Below, piece by piece: positions 11,330 through 23,100 of a DNA stretch of 64,000 nt. Position 1 is the stretch's first letter; each line of letters starts with the position of its first letter. The notes under the pieces are model-generated. The model worked only from the letters and a program-made list of their open reading frames with translations, had not been told where the DNA came from and made no database searches. Source of the DNA: Trichoplax adhaerens (lineage: Eukaryota > Animalia > Placozoa); NCBI RefSeq assembly GCF_000150275.1, contig NW_002060945.1:5319397-5383396 (forward strand), read 5' to 3'. The translations under genes were made by a program, and so were the position numbers.

Positions 11330-14300
11330 TTAAGCACTGGGATATAATCGATCGCAGATAGCCTTTGTATAACCAGAGCAGGTGCCATTACCACCCAAAT
11401 CTTTTGTAAGTGCCTGTTAAAAGAATCAGTTTTCAATTATAATTAGTATATCAACATATATCACTATTGTGCAGTACTAGCCAAAAAATACTATCACATT
11501 TAGCACTGTAGTATTAGTAGGTACCGATCCCTCTCTTATAACATCTAAAGTAGCATTTTCGATTAAATCGGCATGGCCACGTAAGCCCATATGCCGTAAC
11601 ATCATAACGGCACTAAGCAACAAAGCTGTTGGGTTAGCTTTATCTTGTCCGGCAATATCTGGCGCAGTACCATGGACCTGGATTAAATTGTATAAATAGT
11701 ATTTAGTATATATATATATATATACACTCTCAGTACTAGTAATTATAATTGAGCGATAGCGTGGTATATAGAATATATTATTTTACATACGGCTTCAAAA
11801 ATAGCTATCCCATCCGAACCAATATTACCACTTGGTGTTACACCTAAACCCCCAATTAAGCCGGCACATAAATCGCTACACATAAAATATATTTTAACGT
11901 TAATCCCAATTTCAGGTTTTTATATACTTCAATGTAATTGTCTAAGAGTTGTTGTAGTATTGATTACCTTAATATATCACCATATAAATTTGGCATAACA
12001 AGGACATCAAATCTGGATGGATCTAGTACTATCTAAAATCATACATTACGAGGCACCGTTATTACGCAATATACATCCAATAATTGTTCTGCATAATACT
12101 GTATAAGTAAGAGACTTCAGATAAGCACAGCACATTAGGTAATTTTCCTTTACCTGCAAACACGTAGTATCCAAATATACCTCGTTGTAGTCGATATTTT
12201 TATAATTATCAGCAACTTCTCGAAAGCACTTTAAGAATAAACCATCAGACATACGCCTATAAAACAAACGTGTAGTTACCAATTTACTTTTCGCATAATA
12301 TATAATTAAATATATCAAATTGGAAGTTAATACTGTAGATAGTAGTTTTAGGATATCTTGGACAACACATTAGAACAACATCAATATAAACCTGCGTTAC
12401 ACCATCACTATCCTCAATGTATCATACTACAAGTAGTAGATGAATATTCACGGGTTATTAAAGAGCCTTACATTATGTTGGCTTTGTGTACAACAGTTAA
12501 GTTGCTTCTGTTGTTATCAGTTGCATACTGAAAGGCATATTCAGCTAGCCTAATTGAAGCTGCGCGCGTAATGAGTTTAATACTTTGTACTACACCATCA
12601 ACAACCTGCAATTTTAATGTTAGCATCATATTACAATTTATTTTTAACAGATTATATCAGCGGTAGTAAGAAAGGATAAAAAAGGGAAAAGTTACCTTAT
12701 GTTCGATACCACTATATTCTCCTTCAGTATTTTCTCTTATAGTAACTAGGTCAACTCCATCATACGGTGTTTTGTAGCCTTCAATTGACTTACAAGGCCT
12801 GACATTAGCGAATAAATTAAAGGTCCTAAATAACCATTAAAGGTAGTAAATTAGTAATCGATGATAAACTAGATGGAGATGGAAGTAAAAAAATTGCAGA
12901 TATGTACAAAAATGTTTATACTGTATCTTGAATTCCTTTATCTAGCCAGATGCATTTACGATTATCAATTGCAATAATAACACCATTATCTTTACTGTAA
13001 TCCAATATCCGAAATACTAATAATATTAATGCCAAAATAGCGGATACTTTTCAACAAACATACTTTCTAAGAGTTAAATTCATGGATACATGGCCTTTTC
13101 CAATTGGAGTAGCGAGCGGGCCTATAGATACGGTAAAGAGTGTGAAATATGAATTACTCTCGTACTTCAACCCTGGAAATACAATGTCCTCTTGATCTAT
13201 TAATTATGACTAGTTATCTATTTTAATACTACTTACAGGATACAATAAATCTACTACAGTTAAAGTTTAAAATTTCAAACTTATTCACTAGAAGCACATA
13301 GTAATTAGCTTTATAGTTAATACGAGAAGACTTAATTACCTTTTAGACCAACCATATTCTTTTTAACAGACTCGAAAGCAGCCGATGGAATGACATATTT
13401 ACCACTGGCCGCTTTAACAGGTGTTACATCGACTTGATCCCATTCGATAGGAGCCTAGTAATCCAATGATTATGCACGTATTACGCATAATTTATGTATA
13501 AAGTCTTTTTAGAATCGGTCATTTATACTATTAATTGGTAGTCAGTCTTAGGCACCCGCATAGTAAATTCCTGCCGTATAACTAGGTAATGGGATACTTT
13601 ATCAATTATTTGGGAGTACTTGTTTCATTATATGAGTATTCCACGTTCTATATACTACATAGTTCTACATAAGTTTTGAATTGCCACGGTATAAAATCAA
13701 GTAATAGATAGGGGTATACCCCTATCCCTTATCGTTATCGTAGTGACGAAAGGTTGTCAAGAGTCAAGTAGAGTACAGATGCTGCGATTGGGTATTAATG
13801 ATCATCATTGACACAAGAATTTTCGAAATTATAACGCAATAGCATCTCTTAATGAGGTATCTACTGTTAGTGAAAGGAATGCCTGATATCAACATTAACC
13901 TTTGCAGTAGCAAAAATTTCTTTGACAGCTTCAGAAATTTCTGGACCAATGCCATCTCCAGGGATTAGAGTTACTCTTCTCACCTAAATTCATTTATAAA
14001 TTTAATTTTATTAATTCCTTGCTTAGCTATTCATTTATACTCAGAATCAGTATATTTTGCAATAAAAACTTTGATTATTATTTTATCCTAGTTGATATTA
14101 GATACTAGATAGGATGTAATATTACAGTATCATGGTGTTCAATTGGCCATCGTCCTCGATTGCAATGGTTTTGGTATACTACTGTACATGCCAAGTCAAC
14201 CTGTAACGGAATCATCCTTACAAGGTCGATAAGTGCTACTCTAACCTATATTTACAATGATCAGAAATGCAATTATCTAAAACTAAGTGGACACGTAGAT

Positions 14301-15018
14301 GTCCAGTAAAGCATATTTGCACGTATAGTACAGTACTGTATGTTGCTTTTACTACTTTATAAGTATACTCGTACACATGATGCCAATCATATGGACACTC
14401 TTTTGTTAATCGCTTACAAATCATTTGACATTTTCAAGATTTGTTGCTGATGTAACTACCGTACTTGAAGGGAATTGAATTCTTAGCCCAGCAATGTGTT
14501 TCATCTGACATTAATACTGTACATCATGAGCAATATCGGCATTTTATGGCATGATTATGATAGACTGTAGTCTGGTGTCTATGCAAGATATTGCTAAACG
14601 AGACATATGTATGACCGCAAACTAGACAATGAACACCGTGCTGTAAAATGCTCTATACTATACGGTATTATCCCATATATTGTTGAAGTAGTATAGTGAA
14701 ACTTCCATCTTGGCTGCAAAATCTTGATTTATTGGATGCACAGCTGTATTTTCAAGCCCTCCATACTATATTGTATTATCTGATAAATTGCTTTCAACGA
14801 TATTGTTGAAACTTACCTCTTGGCTGCAAAATCTTTTATTTATTAGATGCTTTTGAGATTCTCTCTTTGAAAATAAAATCAATTCAGTTAGCTACAATTG
14901 GCATGAGATTTCAAGAAGTTGCCATGCTTATTTTATAGTCGATACTTACACTGACTGAGAGCAGTGATGGAACTTTTAGTAATTGTTGAACTCTACGACC
15001 GGCTCCTGTCGCCATCAT
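11330..15018 (-). CDS. IDH3A: NAD-dependent isocitrate dehydrogenase subunit alpha, mitochondrial. Exons 15018-14950, 14849-14817, 13983-13900, 13454-13340, 13121-13064, 12825-12696, 12605-12472, 12256-12154, 12032-11968, 11875-11791, 11677-11525, 11413-11330
   Basis: [132 protein letters not shown]. The N-terminus is basic, like a mitochondrial presequence. Confidence 0.97.
13707..13726. repeat. Perfect 20-bp palindrome GATAGGGGTATACCCCTATC in IDH3A intron 3
   Basis: Read directly; self-complementary. Confidence 0.9.
14650..14850. repeat. ~110-bp diverged tandem duplication containing IDH3A exon 2 and a degenerate copy of it (14707-14738)
   Basis: ACTTACCTCTTGGCTGCAAAATCTTTTATTTATTAGATGC (14811) vs ACTTCCATCTTGGCTGCAAAATCTTGATTTATTGGATGC (14701), with shared flanks ATACTATA..GTATTATC and ATATTGTTGAA. 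Confidence 0.85.
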
Positions 15019-15189
15019 TGTAGTGACTAGATTACTAAACGAGAGGAATGACACTAGGAAAGAGTTTTTCATTGATAAAAAACCGAAGGCCGACTTTTAT
15101 GCTAGTCATTTTACTATACCGAACGACTCGAACCGTGCACTGTACTAAAGCCCTCCTCATGTCATATTGAACTTTGATTGTAGACTAAT

Positions 15190-15330
15190 AATACAGTCTA
15201 CAGTATAGAGGTCTGCTGTGGATTACGAATGTACAGTGTACAGTATGGTGCGATACAGTTTACAGTACAATGCGCATACTCATACTGTACAGTACACTGT
15301 ACTGTAAGTTACTGTACTGTACTGTATAGT
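15190..15330. promoter_or_regulatory. IDH3A upstream region: TACAG arrays on the left and CTGTA arrays on the right of an NRF1-like TGCGCATACTCA (15271-15282)
   Basis: Perfect 10-bp inverted repeat GTACAGTATG (15238) / CATACTGTAC (15281) plus many pentamer copies, 170-310 bp upstream of the ATG. Confidence 0.5.
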
Positions 15331-18300
15331 TAATAAATAATAATAATAATTATTATTAACTAGTCACTGTACTGTACGTCTGTACGGCTGAAACCGTTCC
15401 ACTACATCCCAAAACCAATGAAGAAGGCCAGATGCCAATCTTACTATACTGTACATACATTAGACAGTTCAGTACTGTACAGCAGGTCAATGATAAACAG
15501 TAACTACATTTGAGCGCACACGCATATAAATAAATACAAAATGGTAGGCGTACAGAAATGCTAATTTAAGGCAGACTACCAACTCTGATAAAACACATGA
15601 TAAGCATTAATTTATTAAGAAATAGAGGCTGCAATCTCATTATAATGAGCAAGACCCGTTACTGTAAGTGGAACGGGTACTTACTGCTAGGGATATTTCA
15701 TACAACAATCAACCAACCGTAAATAGACTTTCCTAATACTGAAAATGGTGATTGCACAGCTTAGTTTTTAAAATTAAAAAAATCTTACTCAACATAATCA
15801 GTATAACGCGGATGTGCATTATTACCTCCTCTAGGATTTTAACAAATGGTCTACTCTGTTTATAGCACCATCACAGGCTCACAGCGTTCGCATATCAAAG
15901 CATGTCGCCTGGCGGTTGAAAATGCCCGCCATGATGAACGAGAGATAGTTATTTTTGAAGTTTTTGACCCCTTAGTTATTTGCGGTATTGGTGTACGAAG
16001 GAAACGCGTCCTTTCATGATGGACCTTGCAACCCCCTAGGACTAATCATACAGACTTTACAGTTATTATGTAGGTTCATGACTAGCTTACGTTAACAATT
16101 GCGCTATTGGGAAGACCTTCAATGAGGCGCAAAGCACTCCTTTATCAATATACTATTTCGACGCCATAAGCATCTGCGAGATGTAAACCACTATACTCTT
16201 ACTTATTTATTGCATTAAGATTGGCTGTAAAAAAAAGCACTGCTGATATGCTTGGCGCAATGCGACATTGAATCAAATAGAATTTAAAATCGCAATAATG
16301 GTAATGGCAACACTTCAAGCCAGGGCATAAATTACTCAATTGCTGTCAAACCTTAGCTTAATAATACGTATCAATAGAATCCTCTGATAGCTTTATTGAA
16401 CGTACAGTATTGTACAGCTGTATAGTCCAGTCCAGTCGCTTACGACTAAATCATAATTTAATTTTAACGCGAATAATATACAGAGATTGTCGTCTTTGAC
16501 GACATACGCAATTTTTGTGCAGGGATTATTTCACAAATTTTGCAATTTTGTCAGCTTTGTTTTCAGGTGGTGGCATCGGTGCTAGCGGACCACTAATCCA
16601 TACTTGACCATACGATGCGGTTTTACTCGCTGATAAACAATTAATATTACTACAGCGAATATTCATTGAGCATACAATCATTTAATAAAATGAATATTCT
16701 TTGAAAATCTATTGCACATTCTAATCATACAATAATGAAATGGATTTGTTGTTATGTACAACATTATCATTGAATATAAATTCTTCAAGAACATACTGTA
16801 TAAATGCTATAAATACATAGTCGAATCTTGATATTGCTATATCTATCTATCACGTTCGTAGAGGTGAGAAAATAACAGACCTTTCGTACTTCTACTGACT
16901 GCTTTTGAAAAATATAGCATACGATCATGCAGATACTCTAGTTCTAATTCATGGTAAAGTCGTATGTACAGTAAAAATAAAATAATGTGTACAATAATGG
17001 CTATTGGACAAAATAGTATAAAAGTTGCAAAAGAATACTAGATCTAACGAGCACAATTAATAATTTGGTTGTCATAGGCTACTGTCTAACAGCCAAAAGT
17101 ATCCATAACCTATCGGCTAAAAATTCAACCCAATATAGAGTAAATCATCTACACAGTAAAACTAAGGTAATACCGTATATGTATACGTCATTATATATCC
17201 TGTGACCAAAATATCCGCTTATCTAATCATGAATAAGATATTTTTTACAGTTATTCTATTTATAAGATTAAAGTCTTGATACGATTTAATTCATTAGACT
17301 ATGGTAGCTAATAAATAAAACTAACAATATAATCACTAATTCTTTATCTCTTAATTGAATGGATAATTAAGTAGCCCTGCATTGCACAAGAATAGTAGGT
17401 ATTTCGCAGATGTTGTTACCTGTATATTAAATTTATTTTAATACCTAAGCCAGAAAAGAAAAAAGGGAGGCATACATATATCTCTTTAAAAGAGAATAAG
17501 CAAGATAGTTTGAAAACTTAGTTCCACCGATTGAAGAATAAATCAATTTATATAAATTTTATGTTCAAATTTTAAATGATACTATTAATTACGCTTAAGA
17601 AACAATAGGGCATTTAATAATTTCCCTTTACCATGCTTTGTAGCTATATTATTTTATTATTCTATTACCCAAATTTGTAGATATCAAGTCCACTTTGTCT
17701 CAAATTTTGGCACTGATATATTTATATATATATAGTAGTAAGAGTAAGATAAAAAATATATACCGATGGTCAGAAGTAATATCATTCGTTTAAATAAGAT
17801 TATATGGTAATTCTATCATTAAAGAGAGGGACTAAAACTGCAATTGTATACTTCAAATATCATTTAAGTGGTCATTCTCTCAACGTATTGACATAAATAA
17901 GTATAAAAGACGATAAAAACTAAAAACTACCCGATTGGACCAATTTTAATTTTGGATATCGTAAACAGATTATGCAATTTATCACTCTTTTTAGGAAATA
18001 TACCGTAAAAGCTCTCCTTCATATATATATAATGACAAGCGTTTCCATCGCTCGATTCAATGAGCAAAGATCAAAATGTTGATCTGCTTAGGGGCGTCAA
18101 TAAATTAAAAAAGATTAATAAAGTTTCTTTGTAGTTTTTGAGTATTTGGCGCCGCCACCTATTATTAAGCGTCTCAAGTAGAAGATAACTACTATAATTA
18201 CTGTATAATTAATATAGATATTACGTAACCTAACTACGGTCTTGATCAAATTCAATAGACTGATCATATGTAATATATATAATAAACACCCATATAATAT

Positions 18301-19990
18301 TAAATGGAAAAAAATTTATCTTAGCCTTAAATCGCATTGTGCCTTGTTTATATTGTGTAAAAGATAATATTACAGATATCTACACGAAGATAACTTGCTG
18401 TAGGAAAAGGGTAATCACCTAGTAAAGAAATAGTACTGAGTATAGCATTGCTATCATCATAGTAAAAGCTACAGGCTGTATGATATGGGTTTGTATAAAT
18501 GATAAAATTGTGTTTTATTGATGTGCTTCAAAAGCCTATTTATTACTATCTAAGAATAAAAATGATAATAACAGCATCGTATTTGACTACTAATTGAATT
18601 ATCGATATAGTAGATGATTACGTTTATTATCGATATATAAATAGAAAAACTTTATAAGGATCCGATCCAATTTTAAGCAAACCTTTGTATAAAATTAACA
18701 AATCATCTATTAATGATTGTCGGTTTTATAATGGTAATAATTGAGAAATTATCCTTTTTTAATTGATTGATATTACCACCAACTAAAAATATCCTTTATA
18801 AGACTATCAATCACTATAGATAGATAAGATCAATACGATAAAATGTTGTGGTTAAAGGACTGCCTCAAGATAGACTTATCACAATACAGTCATTGCTTAG
18901 TTTCTCTACTGGTCACTTGAGTAGTATAAGTACCCGTATCTATTCGAAATTTATCTATCTAAGCAATAGAATAGTTTTATGCATTTTTTATCTAATTTTA
19001 TTGATGGTGATTTATCGGAAAACCAATTGAATCAATAGATTAATATCGTCATAATTATATTAGCAATTAAGACCCCTTACTGGATTTGATAGTACCTACT
19101 TCTATTCTATCTTTAATATTCATTCATTCATTCATTTCTTTATTTATTTCATCGACATTCAAGGATAAATTTTTCTCCTTTCAAGACTAATTTATAACAA
19201 TGTCAGTGAGAAATAAAAGAATCGATTCAATGCTTTTATGAATATCCACAATTTTCCATCATAAAAGTGAAACAATTATGGCTGAAAGAATGAACATATT
19301 GAAATAACGAAAGGAAGTTCATCAACTGATGAATAGATGGTCTTCCGTTGAGGCTATTTATAGTTAATGAGACAGGTGTGCACAATAAAATTATTCCAAT
19401 TGATTCCAATATCGGTCATGAGAAAATTCTATGTTATCAGCTGATTAGTTGAGAAATAGCATAATAAATAAACAAAATCACCATTGACATGATAGAAAAA
19501 GAAATGCTTAGAAAGGATTTTTCGAATATAAAAGTGATATCATTATTCATGGAAAATCCTTTAATAAATACATAAAGGCGTCTACAATACAAACGTAATA
19601 GAAAAATGGCAGATAGAGACGCGTATCCATCTAGATAGAAATCTATTGCCATCGCAAACAATAACATTTAAATACTCTATGCCAACGTAAATGTCAAAGT
19701 TGTGTATTTTGACTCGGCAACAAGGTTAATTTTAGGATATCCAACCCATCCTATCAATAATTCAATAAATGGATGCTTTTGTCATAATAGGCAAAGTTCC
19801 TGTTTTTACCATATTTAACGTCGTTTGATATTGATTATTCTGATTGGCAGTTGATACTGAAGTAGTTGCAGTTATTTATTGAACGTTATTAGCTATAGCT
19901 ATATTAGTCCTTTTTTCACCACCGCGTGATCTACAAATACCCAATTATTGACATTATTTTTTCTTGAAAAATTTTTTATCTCTTTAACCC

Positions 19991-19997
19991 TATAAAA
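19991..19997 (+). promoter_or_regulatory. Candidate TATA box (TATAAAA) of the convertase gene, with CCAAT at 19941 and ATTGG at ~19843
   Basis: About 110 bp upstream of ATG 20102 and consensus-matching, but the background is AT-rich. Confidence 0.35.
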
Positions 19998-20101
19998 CAT
20001 AGCTTTTATTTTTTTTCAACTTTTAACGTCGCTCATTACCATCTTGGTCGTGAGCACAGCATAGACTACGAACAAAAAATAACAACAATACGTAAAAAAA
20101 A

Positions 20102-23100
20102 ATGGCTCAAAGTAAAGGAAATTATTCAATTGCAATTCTCTTAGGTCTATTTTTTATTTCCTTAACTACTGCAGCAGTAGCTGCTGCTATAAATGATCAA
20201 AACGATGATATTAAGGATGATGACGAAGACGGCATCTCTAAACGCTATTCTAATACATGGATTGTTAAAATACCTGGTGGTAGGAAAAGAGCCGATGAAG
20301 TAGCGCATAAATTGGGCTATACCAATCTTGGCCGGGTAAGTTGATAACTGTAGTAATAGGTAGGATAGTTTATTCGCCTCTGCTAGGGTATTGAGACTGG
20401 CCCAATAGTAAAATAGAAATATTGCTGCTTACCCTTAACCTTATCTATTAATTCCTATACATATTTTAATTGATAAGTCTGATTTAAAATAGTAACATAC
20501 AGCCAATAGCTGTGAGAGCATTGCAAGTTAATCGTATGTTCTTTCTGTTACACCTTTTTTTCTAAGCCACTATGTAACTGATATGGAAAACACTTTCTAT
20601 CGCTTTTCTTTCGTTATCGTAGTAACTCTTCAAAGCGTATATGAACCATAAATTAATTTTGTAGGGATAATTAATCTCGAAATACGAATGAAAGATATGA
20701 CTATAGTTATTCTTATTACACTTTCTTATCATTTAACTTGATTTTGTAAATAGTATAACTGCTTGTATTTCCAGTTGATTTCCACCTTCAAATTAATAAC
20801 GAAAATCCCTAAAGAGATTTAAAATAATTATAATTCTCTCTTGTTTTGTGTACTGTAATACAATATGTGCAATCTTTGTTAGCAGTATCCCTTCAAGTCA
20901 ACTCAATAATAAGAAATACCGAGGTTTATTTCAATTTCCTCACATCGATGTATAGCTACTACAACATGCCGCAGTAATACTTACAAAAGCTATTTTCAAT
21001 TTACGAATACGATCCAGTAATATTTTATCAAGCTAGATACGTCTCCATTAGTTCGAGATCATAACCCATATAATTTTCTACCTATTAAAATATATAAGAA
21101 TTTAGGATTTACTATTCGTAACAGAGGAAGCCTTTACTATTTCATTCCACTTTCTAGTTGTCAATACTATTATGTATTATTAATTTAAGGGGACGATATT
21201 GAGTAGTCATCAATGTAGTTTTTCACCAACTTCAGATGCATAATACTCGAAAATAGTTCAGTTTACGAGATAGTATAACCTTCCCGTTAAGAAGAGAGTG
21301 TCTTTCCCTTAAAGTATTGATGCTAACCTAAACAACAACGACACACTTTATTATTTTATGGTCTAGATTGATTTTCTATTTTATACCGTGAACTAAACAA
21401 GTTAAAACTAAGCTGTATTAATCTATAATTTGTCAATTTTTAAGATACATCGGATAAAGTACTGAATGCTTTACCTTAGAGGTCCTACAGAGAGAGACCA
21501 GGGTTCCTACTTTACGTCCTTTTTAAACTCGTTATTATCCATTAGCAGTTTTACAGTCAATATCAGTCTATCTACTCTTAATAAGCTTAAAATGAATGAT
21601 ACGCCTATCTTTTTAAGTCTAGTTTAGTGAGTTAGTATACGAAGGTTTGGAACACAAATCTTTACACTCTCTAGTCGCGATTAGAAATATTATAAAAGTA
21701 TTTATTACAGTACACAAGATGTAGTGATAATACCCTTACGATTGATAATTTTTCGTACACCAATATGGTCGTATCGCTTTATGTAGTTTAAGTGCAAATT
21801 TTCACTATCTGTCACCTTACTATCAGTTCTTTAGCCCCTTAAAATGTTGATCAATTTTGCTAGCAATAGTGCAACTTTTAAATACCGTTAGAGTTAAACC
21901 GGCTAAATAACTTCCTTTTCCAGTTCTATAAATAAATAATCAGGCCCCACTAATAGAACTACAGTAAAACGATTGAAAGATAATTATATAAATCGAACAG
22001 AGAGATGTCAAAATATCTCGTTTCTGATGTTGCTATAGGCCTTAAAACGATGTTTATTACGCTTGCAACTACACAGACAAAACTATGAGCATATCGTAAG
22101 ATACAGTGTATCTAACTTTACATTAATAATTTGGTAGTTAGCATGATAAGTTATCATACTTACGATTAAGTTCATAAGGCTCGTAAAGTATCCACTAAAA
22201 TAATTGCTAATTGGCGTTAGTCTATTGCTATCTCAAACGTCTGATGTAACCGTTTTTATTGGTCAAGTCTTTAACTTAGTAAACTCCTTTTTACCTACTC
22301 CTTCGGACGTACAGTAGTAAATATCACTATTACAGGAATATAAAATTCCATAGATTTGCTTCCTTTACCGTAGAAAAACTATATCATACAAAGATTATAT
22401 TCAAAATTTTTTAAATTTTGAATGTGATCGTAATCAGAAATAATCTTCTTTCTTAATTCCACCTACTCTATGATCCCAACTTTTTAATAGCTAATAATTC
22501 CACTCAACAGCAACTGCACTTGCAAAATTAATTGATACGCAACAAAAACCTCCTGACATCTGGATTGAAATTTAATAAGAAAAAAATTTAAAGTCATACC
22601 TTTATGACTTGTTTATTATATTCAGCTCTAAAATCGTACGATATGAATTTATGGAAAGATCAGTGACTCTGTAAACTTATCCATCTTTTATTGTAGTGCA
22701 TATTATGATTTTGCTCTGAAGCAACTGTCTACTATTTACAATATTCTCTACTGGCATTGCATCGATTTATTGATTTAAAAATCACAAATAACTTGTTAAA
22801 TAAAGAAGCAATCTGCTGTCAAGTAATTACACCCCTATTCCAGTAAATATTTCAATCTTAATCGTGTTCAATGCTTTCCTTCATTCTAGATTTCCGATTT
22901 AGACCTATACAACTTTAGGCACGATGACGTTCCAAGGCGATCAAAACGTGCTATTCATGATCGAACAAGACGGCTAGCTGAAGATGATAATGTAAGGATT
23001 CATAGTATTGCTTCCAAACATTTTACTTTTGTTTTTATTAGATAGAGACGCCTATTGGATATTACAATCATCAAAGAATTATTCACTCTGCGATAGTTAA

